DNA of 64,000 nucleotides from the NCBI GenBank assembly GCA_022340425.1, contig JAJDNY010000162.1, positions 11,632-75,631 on the forward strand, given 5' to 3'. Positions within the stretch are counted from its first letter, which is position 1. Each line of letters starts with the position of its first letter. Shown piece by piece: positions 9,193-17,818 of this stretch. This DNA comes from Desulfobacteraceae bacterium (GTDB lineage Bacteria; Desulfobacterota; Desulfobacteria; Desulfobacterales; JAABRJ01). Both the position numbers and the translations under genes were made by a program. The notes under the pieces were generated by a model that saw nothing but the letters and a program-made list of their open reading frames with translations, had not been told where the DNA came from and ran no database searches.

Positions 9193-10119
9193 CTAATTGA
9201 GGATGTACCGGGCGGGGTTGACCGGGACCCCGCTCAGCAGCACCTCGTAGTGCAGGTGCGGCCCCGTGCTGCGGCCGGTGTTGCCCACCTGGGCGATGAC
9301 CTCGCCGCGTTTGACCTTATCCCCCGCCTTCTTCAAGATCTTGCTCAGATGCCCGTAGCGGGTGACGAAACCGTGGCCGTGCTGGATGGTGAGCATCTTG
9401 CCCATCAGCCCCTTGGGGCCTGCAAAGGTGACCCTGCCATCGGCCGGCGCGATCACCGGGGTGCCCTGACGGGTGGCGATATCCAGTCCGGCGTGAAACT
9501 GGCGGGTGCCGGTGAAGGGGGATTTGCGGTATCCAAAGCGGGAGGTTACCCACCCGCTGGTGGGCCGGATGGCCGGTGTGGCGGCCAGCAGGTTGGCCTG
9601 AGCCTCGATTTTGGTTTTCAGGCTTTCAAAGCCTTCCCTCTGCTTGACTATCGCTGACTGGAGCACTTTGACCTGATCGTGCATCTCGCGCAGGATGCTG
9701 CTGTCGATTTCCCCCGGGGAAAGATTGGTGTCCAGATCATCCGGAACGGCCCCGCCGACACCGAACGGGCTGCCGGTCTCCTCGGCCAGTTCACAGTTGG
9801 CGATGACGCGTATCTTGCTTTCGAACTGGGCCAGCTTCAAAAGCTCGGCCTTGAGGGCATTGATCTCTTCGGCGAAGGTGAGAATTCGGCGTCGCTGGCG
9901 CGTAACCTCCTCCCGCTGGGCGGAGAGATGGGTTTTCAGCTGCCGGTTGTCGCTTTCCGTCCGTCTGAGATCGAAATAGCTGCAGGAGAGCGCCGTCAAA
10001 GCCACCACGAAAACCGCTGCCAGCAGGCCTGCCAACCAAAGCATGGCCCTGGGCACACTGGCCTGCCGAATCGGAGCGCCGCAATCACTCACCACATAGA
10101 CGGTCAATCGTTTTTTCAT
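9193..10119 (-). CDS. M23 family metallopeptidase (murein DD-endopeptidase-like) with N-terminal TM and coiled coil
   Basis: HAGLDIA...GHGFVTRYGHL...GNTGRSTGPHLHYEV is the M23 signature. Confidence 0.85.
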   Translation of the reverse strand: MKKRLTVYVVSDCGAPIRQASVPRAMLWLAGLLAAVFVVALTALSCSYFDLRRTESDNRQLKTHLSAQREEVTRQRRRILTFAEEINALKAELLKLAQFESKIRVIANCELAEETGSPFGVGGAVPDDLDTNLSPGEIDSSILREMHDQVKVLQSAIVKQREGFESLKTKIEAQANLLAATPAIRPTSGWVTSRFGYRKSPFTGTRQFHAGLDIATRQGTPVIAPADGRVTFAGPKGLMGKMLTIQHGHGFVTRYGHLSKILKKAGDKVKRGEVIAQVGNTGRSTGPHLHYEVLLSGVPVNPARYILN

Positions 10120-10431
10120 ACTTTACTTTACTTCAAGGATTGCGCTGAATTAGGCGACTTATCGACCGCTTTTCGGCATGGCTGAAAAAGCAATCTGGGT
10201 GCCACCCGTGCTTTTGCCCATAGCGCGCCGCGATGCCGGCCCGAAGCCCGCCTGGCCGCCAGCCATCGCTTGAATTTCCGCAAGATCCCAAGCCGCTCAG
10301 CCCCCGCCGTCACCTTTTGCAGACTGCCGGAAGCACTTTTACTCACGGACCGGCCCGGAGGGGGCTGGAGGTTTCCAGAACGCCCAAATTATGGTAATTT
10401 CCAGACCATCCAACCCAGGAGGACAGACACC

Positions 10432-12432
10432 ATGGCCACCCGCCGCGATCACCCCCTGAAAGGGGCGCTTCAAGCTGTCAGCGACGATTTGAAGAAAACC
10501 GGCGAACTGCTGGGGCTGCCGCCCGAGGGTCTGCTGAAGGATTGGCTGGAGACCCTCAGGGCGCGTTTGCTGCCGCGCCTGTCGGGAGAATTGCCGCTGG
10601 TGGCCGCGATTTGCGGCGGCGGCTCATCCGGCAAGTCGACGCTCTTCAACGCCTTGGTGGGCAAAGCGGTTTCCACGGTGGGCGGGCGGGCCGGCCTTAA
10701 TCGGCGGGTGCTGCTGTGTTCGCACCCCAGCCTTTTCCAGCGCGAGGGCCTTCTAACGCTGCTCTTTCAACCCTTCGGCTGCCTGCCCGGCCCCCTGGGC
10801 GACCCGGCCGACCTGGCCGTCCCCGGCTGCCCGCTGTATGTCGCTAGCGAGCGGGTTTCCGCCGACCTGCTGCTGATGGACACGCCGGACTTCGACACCG
10901 GCGCCCGCGGGGTTTACGTCAACCGCGAAACCTCCCGCCAGGCCCTGGAGACGGCCGACGTTTTGATCTACATCTTCACCAACGCCAACTACAACAACCG
11001 CGACAACACCGATTTCCTGGCCGATGAGCTGACCCAGGTCGGCACCAAGAAATGTTTCCTGGTCTACCGTGTCTACCCCACCTTCAAGGCCGAGGAGGTC
11101 CGTGAACATGCGACCACGGTGGCCCGCAACCTCTACGGGCAGGATGCCCCAAACCAGGTCATCGGCGTCTACCGGGCCGATGAGAGCAACGCCGTGGCCA
11201 GCGGTGAAGCGCCCATGATCTTGAGCCCCCTGGATCCGGGGGCCCCGCCCCTGGCCGATGCCCTTCGGGCCCTGGACCCGCGCAAGCTGCAGCCCGAGCT
11301 GATGGCCTCGATGCTGGCCGACACCCTGGCCCAGGCCGCCGCCTTCTCCGAGCGCCTGGCGCTCTCGCGCCAGGCGCTGGCGCTTTACCGCGACGCCCTG
11401 CGCACCGCCCAGAGCCACAGCGTCCAGCAGGCCCTGCGCCATTTCCCCACCGATCGCCTGCTCAAGCGCTTTGCCAAGATATGGCTGCAAACCGACCCGC
11501 CCCACATCAAGCTGCTGCGCAAGACCGGAACGGCCATTGAATGGCCCTACCGCGGGGTGCTCAAGATCGTCAAGCGCCTGCGCAAAGGCCGGGCTGGCGC
11601 TTCACCATCGGCCAAAGACGGCCTCCGCCGGCAGTTGGAGGAGGATCTGCTGAGCGCCGTGCATGACCTCTACCGCCAGGCTGTGGGCCCCTGGCTCGAG
11701 GTCACGGCCACAGTTCAGGATGCGGCCGGGAAACAGATGGCGGCCATCGCCAAGACCCTGGCGGCGGCCCCCGAAAACGCGCATGCCCTGATGGGCGGCC
11801 GGGTTCGAATGACGCCCGCCGATCAGCCGGGGCTGGCGGCCTTCAAGGTCCCGACCCATCCGGCGCTTTCAGCCGAACAGGAGCGCCTCAGATCCCTGGA
11901 GTGGTCCACCACTCTGCAAACCCTGCTGACCCGCAAGGAACTGACCCAATTTATTTCCCCCGAGGTGGAAAACAGTCTAAGACAACTGGCCGATCAGTTT
12001 CGCCGCCAGATGGGCCTGCGCGACAAGCTCTGGCAGACGGTGGCGGCCTTTCTCAACGTTCTGCCGGCGACCGCGGCCGTCACCTACATCCTCTCGACCG
12101 GGGACCCGATCGGAGCGGCAGGCATCAAGGTCAAGCTGACGGGCTTTTTCGGGTTGCATGACCTTTACGCGCTGATTGCCATACCGGCCACTTCCGGCAT
12201 GAAAAGCGCCGACCGCCGGCTGCTGGAGACCATGCTGGCCCCCATTGCGCGCGCCTGGTTGAGCGACAAGGCCGAGACCGTGCAGAAAATCCTGGAAGAG
12301 AACCTGACCGGCGCGCTCATTGCGCGCGCCACCCAAATACTGGACGACAGCCGAGACACCCTGGCCGCCGTCGACGATCACCTGCGGCAGTGCAGAAAGG
12401 CAGCGCCCCCCGAATGGCAAACAACCGGATAG
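10432..12432 (+). CDS. Membrane-associated P-loop GTPase (dynamin-like / bacterial large GTPase), partner 1
   Basis: Start set at ATG 10432, with AGGAGG 8-13 nt upstream. G1 is GGGSSGKST, the G3-like motif is DTPDFD and the G4-like motif is NNRD. The rest is a long helical region with a C-terminal hydrophobic hairpin (LNVLPATAAVTYIL...LYALIAIPA). Confidence 0.65.
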   Translation: MATRRDHPLKGALQAVSDDLKKTGELLGLPPEGLLKDWLETLRARLLPRLSGELPLVAAICGGGSSGKSTLFNALVGKAVSTVGGRAGLNRRVLLCSHPSLFQREGLLTLLFQPFGCLPGPLGDPADLAVPGCPLYVASERVSADLLLMDTPDFDTGARGVYVNRETSRQALETADVLIYIFTNANYNNRDNTDFLADELTQVGTKKCFLVYRVYPTFKAEEVREHATTVARNLYGQDAPNQVIGVYRADESNAVASGEAPMILSPLDPGAPPLADALRALDPRKLQPELMASMLADTLAQAAAFSERLALSRQALALYRDALRTAQSHSVQQALRHFPTDRLLKRFAKIWLQTDPPHIKLLRKTGTAIEWPYRGVLKIVKRLRKGRAGASPSAKDGLRRQLEEDLLSAVHDLYRQAVGPWLEVTATVQDAAGKQMAAIAKTLAAAPENAHALMGGRVRMTPADQPGLAAFKVPTHPALSAEQERLRSLEWSTTLQTLLTRKELTQFISPEVENSLRQLADQFRRQMGLRDKLWQTVAAFLNVLPATAAVTYILSTGDPIGAAGIKVKLTGFFGLHDLYALIAIPATSGMKSADRRLLETMLAPIARAWLSDKAETVQKILEENLTGALIARATQILDDSRDTLAAVDDHLRQCRKAAPPEWQTTG

Positions 12433-14231
12433 CGGCAACCCTCAAAGCCAGCGGCATCATCGAAACCCATCGCCACGCCCTGCAACGGCTGCAAGGCGCC
12501 CTGACGGCCTGCCCCTTGTGGTCGCCGGGGGTGGCGCTGCAAAGACAGTGCGCCGAGGCCGGCCAGATGATCGACAAGCTGGTGGCGCGCCTGGAGCGCA
12601 AGCTCGTGGTGACCCTCATCGGGCCCACCGGGTCGGGAAAATCCACCCTGCTAAACGCCCTGGCCGGCGTCGACGATTTGTCAGTCACCGGTCACCGGCG
12701 GCCCACCACGCGCCAGGCGGTGGTCTTTTGCGGCGCCCGGGACGACGCCGACCAGCTGGTGGCGCAACTGGGGGCCGAGGCCGTCAGCGTGGTCACCAGC
12801 CAGGCGGCCCAGGCACTGACGCAGTCCATCCTGATCGACACCCCGGACATGGACAGCACCGAGCAGGAAGCGCACATTCCCATCATCCGCAAGGCCCTGG
12901 GGCTATCGGACATCCTGATCTGCGTTTTCAACGCCGAAAACCCCAAGCGCCGCGACCACGTGGATTTTCTGGCGCCCTATGTCCGCATGTTCCAGGGGGA
13001 GGCCGTGATCTGCGTCATCAACCGCTGCGACCGGCTGGCGGAGGCGGAACTGCGGGAGGTGATCGTGCCGGAGTTCAGCGACTTTATCCGCAGCGCCTGG
13101 CAGCGGCCGGTGGAAAAGATCTTCTGCATATCCGCCCGCCGCCACCTCCAGGACCCGGACTGGGACCCCGGGGCGCCCCCGCGGCATGATTTCGACCAGT
13201 ACCCCAAGCTGCACGCCATGATTTTCGGCGCCTTCAACCGCCCGGGCTTCGTCGTGGATCAGCGCCTGCAAAACGCCGCGGCTCTGCGTGATTACATCGA
13301 AACCGAAATTCGGGGGGAAATTCAAAAAGACCGCCCGGCCCTGGAGGAGGCCCTCAAAAAAATGGCGGCGGCCGAAAAGGACGGCGTCGGCGCCGCCCTG
13401 ACCAGTCTGTACCGCGAAACGCCCGGACAACTGCTGGGGGTCAATGTGCGCCTCTACCAGCTGCTCGCCCACCGCTGGACCGGGCCGGTGGGCTGGTTGG
13501 TCGCGCTCTGGGCGCGGGTCCTGGTTTTCGGCACAGGGGTAGCCGCCATGCTGCGCTTGGGCAACCCGCTGCGCCAGCTGTGGGGGGCGGTGGCAACCGT
13601 CAGCCACTACCGCAAGGCCCGATCGGCCGTGGCCGACAGCGAGGCGGGCAAGGGCCTGGACCAGGCCCTACTGGGCTACCGCCTGAGCCTCCTGAAGCGC
13701 TGGCCGGAGATTGCCGAACTCCTGGTGCGCGGCCGCTTCGCACCTGAAGCGCGCGATGTCGCAGGCGTCCTGCCCGAGCCCGAGGAGCTGGCCTCAGAGC
13801 TGGGCGCCCTCTGGAACGGCGCCCTGGAGCGCGCCCTGGAAAAGGCGGCCAAAAAGCTCAGCGGCGTTTTCATCCAGGTTCTCTTCAACCTCCCCATCCT
13901 AGCCCTACTCTGCCATGTGGGCTGGATCACGGCCAGCAACTATTTTTCCGGCCACTACCTCTCCGGGGATTTTTTCCTGCACGCCTTCGTAACGCTCCTG
14001 ATCGCGCTGTTGCTGGCGTTTTTCGTTTTCCAGGTCATCACCCGCGCCACGGCCAGCCCCGAGCGCCTGGCGCAAGGCGCCTTCGAGGGGCTCCAGCAGC
14101 AGGCGACAGACTTCATGCCCCTGGGCGACACCGCTCTGGCCCGCCAGGTCCGGGCGGTCCTGGTCCTCGACAGCGCGCCCGCCGCAGCAGCTGAAGACGG
14201 CCCCGCCGAGGTTGGCTCCGCCCACCGTTGA
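12414..14231 (+). CDS. Membrane-associated P-loop GTPase, partner 2
   Basis: ATG 12414 overlaps the partner-1 stop (12430..12432) by 19 nt. G1 is GPTGSGKST, the G3-like motif is DTPDMD and G4 is NRCD. Several C-terminal TM segments are present. Confidence 0.65.
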   Translation: MANNRIAATLKASGIIETHRHALQRLQGALTACPLWSPGVALQRQCAEAGQMIDKLVARLERKLVVTLIGPTGSGKSTLLNALAGVDDLSVTGHRRPTTRQAVVFCGARDDADQLVAQLGAEAVSVVTSQAAQALTQSILIDTPDMDSTEQEAHIPIIRKALGLSDILICVFNAENPKRRDHVDFLAPYVRMFQGEAVICVINRCDRLAEAELREVIVPEFSDFIRSAWQRPVEKIFCISARRHLQDPDWDPGAPPRHDFDQYPKLHAMIFGAFNRPGFVVDQRLQNAAALRDYIETEIRGEIQKDRPALEEALKKMAAAEKDGVGAALTSLYRETPGQLLGVNVRLYQLLAHRWTGPVGWLVALWARVLVFGTGVAAMLRLGNPLRQLWGAVATVSHYRKARSAVADSEAGKGLDQALLGYRLSLLKRWPEIAELLVRGRFAPEARDVAGVLPEPEELASELGALWNGALERALEKAAKKLSGVFIQVLFNLPILALLCHVGWITASNYFSGHYLSGDFFLHAFVTLLIALLLAFFVFQVITRATASPERLAQGAFEGLQQQATDFMPLGDTALARQVRAVLVLDSAPAAAAEDGPAEVGSAHR

Positions 14232-14522
14232 AGAGGGCGGATGGGGCAACAGGGTCCCCGGCCGCGGACCTTTTCCAAGGTCTCCGCGGCGGTCGCCGTG
14301 AGGTGGGGATCGGTGGCGCGCTCCGCAACCATCCCCAGGGCCGGCAGCCGGCGATCATCGCCCGCCTCGCCGATGAGGCCTGGAATGTCCCCGCAACCAG
14401 GGGGTCGAAGGATAGAATCAACCGTGATCCAATCAGATTGATTCTCACGAGGAATGAAGGTGACCTTCCGGACTTTGCTGGCAACACGTGACCCAGAATT
14501 TTAATGCGAGAGAGAAACAGCA

Positions 14523-15695
14523 ATGCAAGTGATCAGGCCAAAGCTTTTCTTGTTTTTCTTTTTCCTTCTGCTTCTTGCTGTGACCCATCGCGCAGCAGCC
14601 AGCACCTTCCACGCAAACCAACGCACAACAACCGCTTTATCCAAATTACTACCACAACTACAGGTTGTGGACAGCCGGATATTCTGCCTCTGGCAAGAAC
14701 TGGATGCTGGATCGAAATGGCAAATCTGGACGGCCGTAATGAACACGGATGGCAGTGGCTGGACCGCAACAAAGAGAACGACCACCCCCTTCAGCAAGAG
14801 CTATCCTCAGTTCCAGGTGAATAACGGCAAGATTTACTTGATCTGGTCGGAGGCCGACGGTACCCATAACCAAATTTGGACCGCTGTGATGAACATAGAC
14901 GGCACAGGCTGGTCCGCCGTGAAGCGGACTTCGACAGCCGCCGACAAAGAAACACCTCAGCTTCAGGTTGTAAACAACAGCATCCATTTTGTCTGGGGGG
15001 AGTCAGATGGTTTTAACTCTCAGATCTGGACAGCCGTTATGAACACGGATGGCACCGGATGGTCTGCAAACCAAAGGACTTCCGCGGTGACTCCAAAACT
15101 TACCCCTCAATTTCATGTCGTTGAGAACAAGATCCATTACGTCTGGTCCGAATATCTTGGCGGGCATTTCCAGGTCATCACAGCCACCATGAATACTGAT
15201 GGCACCAAGTGGTCTGGAACCCAGCGGACGTTCACCAGTCGCGACAAGATGTTTCCCCAGTTGCAGGCATCAGAAGAAAAGATTTACTATGTGTGGCGAG
15301 AAAACGACGGAAGTCATCTGCAAGTGCGGGTAAGTTGGATGAATGTCGACGGCAGCGGTTGGTATAGTCCCGGACTGTCGGAAAGCCCATACGATAAAAC
15401 CCCCCCTCAGTTTCAAGTCGTGAACAACCGCGTCTATTGCGTCTTGAGCCAAGACGACGGCAGTTACGACCAAATCTGGACGGTCACGCTGGATTTGAGT
15501 CAAACAGATCTCAGGGCTGATGCAATCAAAAGGACGTCCAGCGAATTTTCTAAAGGCTATCCCCAGATGCAGGTTTTTAACCGCAGAATTTATTACATCT
15601 GGTGTGAGAATGACGGTTCCAACATCCAGATCTGGACGGCCGTAAGTTCAAATTTCGCTCCAGGCGCTGTTGACCTCTTGTTGCTGGATGATTGA
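14523..15695 (+). CDS. Secreted repeat protein, probable 7-bladed beta-propeller, function unknown
   Basis: 390 aa. Signal peptide KLFLFFFFLLLLAVTHRAAA|S, followed by seven ~50-aa repeats. The gene is visibly more AT-rich than its neighbours. Confidence 0.7.
   Translation: MQVIRPKLFLFFFFLLLLAVTHRAAASTFHANQRTTTALSKLLPQLQVVDSRIFCLWQELDAGSKWQIWTAVMNTDGSGWTATKRTTTPFSKSYPQFQVNNGKIYLIWSEADGTHNQIWTAVMNIDGTGWSAVKRTSTAADKETPQLQVVNNSIHFVWGESDGFNSQIWTAVMNTDGTGWSANQRTSAVTPKLTPQFHVVENKIHYVWSEYLGGHFQVITATMNTDGTKWSGTQRTFTSRDKMFPQLQASEEKIYYVWRENDGSHLQVRVSWMNVDGSGWYSPGLSESPYDKTPPQFQVVNNRVYCVLSQDDGSYDQIWTVTLDLSQTDLRADAIKRTSSEFSKGYPQMQVFNRRIYYIWCENDGSNIQIWTAVSSNFAPGAVDLLLLDD
14613..15656 (+). repeat. Seven tandem ~150-nt (about 50-aa) coding repeats
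   Basis: The unit consensus, read directly from the translation, is xxKRTsxxxxKxxPQ(L/F)QVvnnkIyyvWsExDGxxxQIWTAVMNtDGtGWS. Repeat 6 is the most diverged. Confidence 0.8.
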
Positions 15696-15915
15696 TGTCA
15701 TGTTCCAAAATATCGACTTTGGGAGTCTGCGGCTTCCCATTTAATTCTGGTTTCCCCTTTTTTCGATCAATGTCTTTTCCATGGCCTCCAGGTCCTGGCT
15801 GATCTCGGAGCAGCCCAACCGATATTTCCCGGCAAGGAGCCGACACCTTTTGGAGCAACCAATCCTGAACCCGTAATCACCGCCACGACCGCTTGGCGAA
15901 CTATAGGAGGAGTGC

Positions 15916-16260
15916 ATGGCCGCCAAATCCCACCTCACCGTTTTGTGGACCAACGACAACCCCGTCACCGCCGAAAAGATGGTCTTGATGTACACGGTCA
16001 ACGCCCTTGCCCACGGGTGGTGGGAAAAGGTGACCCTCGTTGTCTGGGGTGCCACCGCCACCCTGGTGTGCGACAACCCCGCTGTCCGGCAGAAGGTTCA
16101 GGAGGCGATCGCCGCCGGGGTGCACGTCACGGCCTGTAAGGCCTGCGCAGACCAGCTGGGCGTGTCCGAGACGTTGAAAGAGCTGGGGATCGAGGTGACC
16201 TACTGGGGCAAACCCCTGACCGAGATCCTGAAAAACGGTGAAGCGCTGCTGACGGTCTGA
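15916..16260 (+). CDS. DsrE/DsrF-like small sulfur-relay-fold protein
   Basis: 114 aa with an AGGAGG RBS. The overall pattern (VLWTNDNP...VTLVVWGA...TACKACADQLG) resembles DsrE-family proteins. This assignment rests on my recollection only. Confidence 0.45.
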   Translation: MAAKSHLTVLWTNDNPVTAEKMVLMYTVNALAHGWWEKVTLVVWGATATLVCDNPAVRQKVQEAIAAGVHVTACKACADQLGVSETLKELGIEVTYWGKPLTEILKNGEALLTV

Positions 16261-16498
16261 CCGCCGCAAGATGCACCCAGCACCTTTGGGATGCGGGCCC
16301 CCGGGTAACGGCGGCCCGGCATCTGGCTGCCGATCTACGCTTAGCTCTGCCCGCCACCGGGGCCAGGCCGGCGAGCGTTCCGACGATTGTATTGGACCGG
16401 CGGTTGTGGTAGGGTCGCGGAATTGTTGAACTTCAAGGTAAAGGGCGGCGAGAGGGGGGCCGGGTTTCTGATCGAAGTCTTCCGGCGCCGCGAAAAGA

Positions 16499-16596
16499 TG
16501 GCGGAAGTGCATGGGAATCGAACCCACCCGGGACGGTTTTAACGCCCCACACCGGATTTGAAGTCCGGGAGCCCCACCAGTGAGCTGCGCACTTCC
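16499..16596 (-). tRNA. selC: tRNA-Sec (anticodon UCA)
   Basis: The reverse strand reads GGAAGTGCGCAGCTCACTGGTGGGGCTCCCGGACTTCAAATCCGGTGTGGGGCGTTAAAACCGTCCCGGGTGGGTTCGATTCCCATGCACTTCCGCCA. It has an 8-bp acceptor stem, the anticodon loop CUUCAAA, a long extra arm, a GGTTCGATTCC T-arm and an encoded CCA. Confidence 0.9.
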
Positions 16597-16627
16597 GTGT
16601 CGAAGCCTGCGAGGAATCTTCAGCCTA

Positions 16628-16654
16628 ATATTATGGCTGATCGGTTTTTGTCAA
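16628..16654 (-). promoter_or_regulatory. Candidate sigma70-type promoter for selC
   Basis: The reverse strand has TTGACA (16654..16649), a 15-nt spacer and TAATAT (16633..16628), about 30 nt upstream of the tRNA 5' end. Confidence 0.35.
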
Positions 16655-16678
16655 CGATATTAAAGGAGCCCAGTGCCC

Positions 16679-17818
16679 ATGATCAACCCCCAACGGATGG
16701 CCGAGAACTTCATCAACCTGGTCCAAATCGACAGTCTTTCGCGCCACGAGGGCCGGCTGGCCGCCGACCTCCAAAAGCGTCTGGAAGCCCTGGGAGCCGA
16801 GATCGTCTTCGACCGCGCCCATGAACCAATCGGGGGGGATTGCGGCAACCTGATCGCCCGCTTTCACGGCAACCGCCCCCGCCCGCCGCTGCTCTTCAAC
16901 GCCCACATGGACACCGTCGGGCCGGGCGAGGGCATCCGGCCGATCCTGGCCAACGGCCTTTTCACCAGCGACGGCACCACGATTCTGGGTGCCGACGACA
17001 AAAGCGCCATCGCCATCCTGCTGGAGGCCCTGACGGTCATTATCGAAGACGGACTTCCCCACGGCCCGCTGGAGGTGGTCCTGACGGTCTGCGAGGAGGT
17101 CGGGCTGCTGGGGGCCAAGCATCTCGATTTCAGCCTGATCAGCGCCCGCATGGGCTATGCCCTGGACGCCACCGACACGGCCGGAATCGTCACCCGCGCG
17201 CCGGCGGCCAACCGCCTGGAGTTCAAAATCCACGGCAAAGACGCCCATGCCGGCGCCGCCCCCGAAAAAGGGATCAACGCCATCTGGCTGGCAAGCCGGG
17301 CCATCGCCGCCCAGACCCTCGGCCGCATCGACCACGAAACCACCTGCAATATCGGCCTGATCGAAGGCGGGCTGGCCATCAACATCGTCCCCAGCCTGGT
17401 GACCGTCAAGGGCGAGGCCCGCAGCCACAGCGAAGAGAAGCTGGAGCGGGTCACAGCTGCCCTGGTTAAGGGGTTCGAGGCTGCGGTGGCGGCCTATCCC
17501 AAACCCGAGCCCCAAAGCCCGCTGCCGCGCCTGGAGGTCAGCTGCGAGCGGGACTTTTCCGCCACCCACATCCCCGACGACCACCCGGTGGTGACCCTGG
17601 CCCAGCAGGCCGCGGCCAACCTCGGGCGCGAACTTCGGCCCAAGCCCACCGGCGGCGGGGCCGACGCCAACGTCTTTTTCCAGAAGGGGATCATGACCGG
17701 GGTCCTGGGAACCGGCATGCGCGATATGCACACCGTGCGGGAAAACATCCGCCTGGACGACCTGCTGCGGACCGCAGAGCTGGTCCTGGAGATCATCCGG
17801 CTGCACGCCCATGGCTGA
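16679..17818 (+). CDS. M20/M25/M40 family metallopeptidase (tripeptidase/PepT-like)
   Basis: LLFNAHMDTV, GADDKSAIA and EEVGLLGAK motifs. I prefer ATG 16679 (AAAGGAG 10 nt upstream) to the track GTG at 16673. Confidence 0.75.
   Translation: MINPQRMAENFINLVQIDSLSRHEGRLAADLQKRLEALGAEIVFDRAHEPIGGDCGNLIARFHGNRPRPPLLFNAHMDTVGPGEGIRPILANGLFTSDGTTILGADDKSAIAILLEALTVIIEDGLPHGPLEVVLTVCEEVGLLGAKHLDFSLISARMGYALDATDTAGIVTRAPAANRLEFKIHGKDAHAGAAPEKGINAIWLASRAIAAQTLGRIDHETTCNIGLIEGGLAINIVPSLVTVKGEARSHSEEKLERVTAALVKGFEAAVAAYPKPEPQSPLPRLEVSCERDFSATHIPDDHPVVTLAQQAAANLGRELRPKPTGGGADANVFFQKGIMTGVLGTGMRDMHTVRENIRLDDLLRTAELVLEIIRLHAHG

Noticed and set aside
14440-16498. Classical selC-integrated genomic island
   Set aside because: I saw no integrase, no direct repeat of the tRNA 3' end and no mobility genes. 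Only a compositional shift supports it, so it is reported as a weak inference rather than a mobile_element feature.
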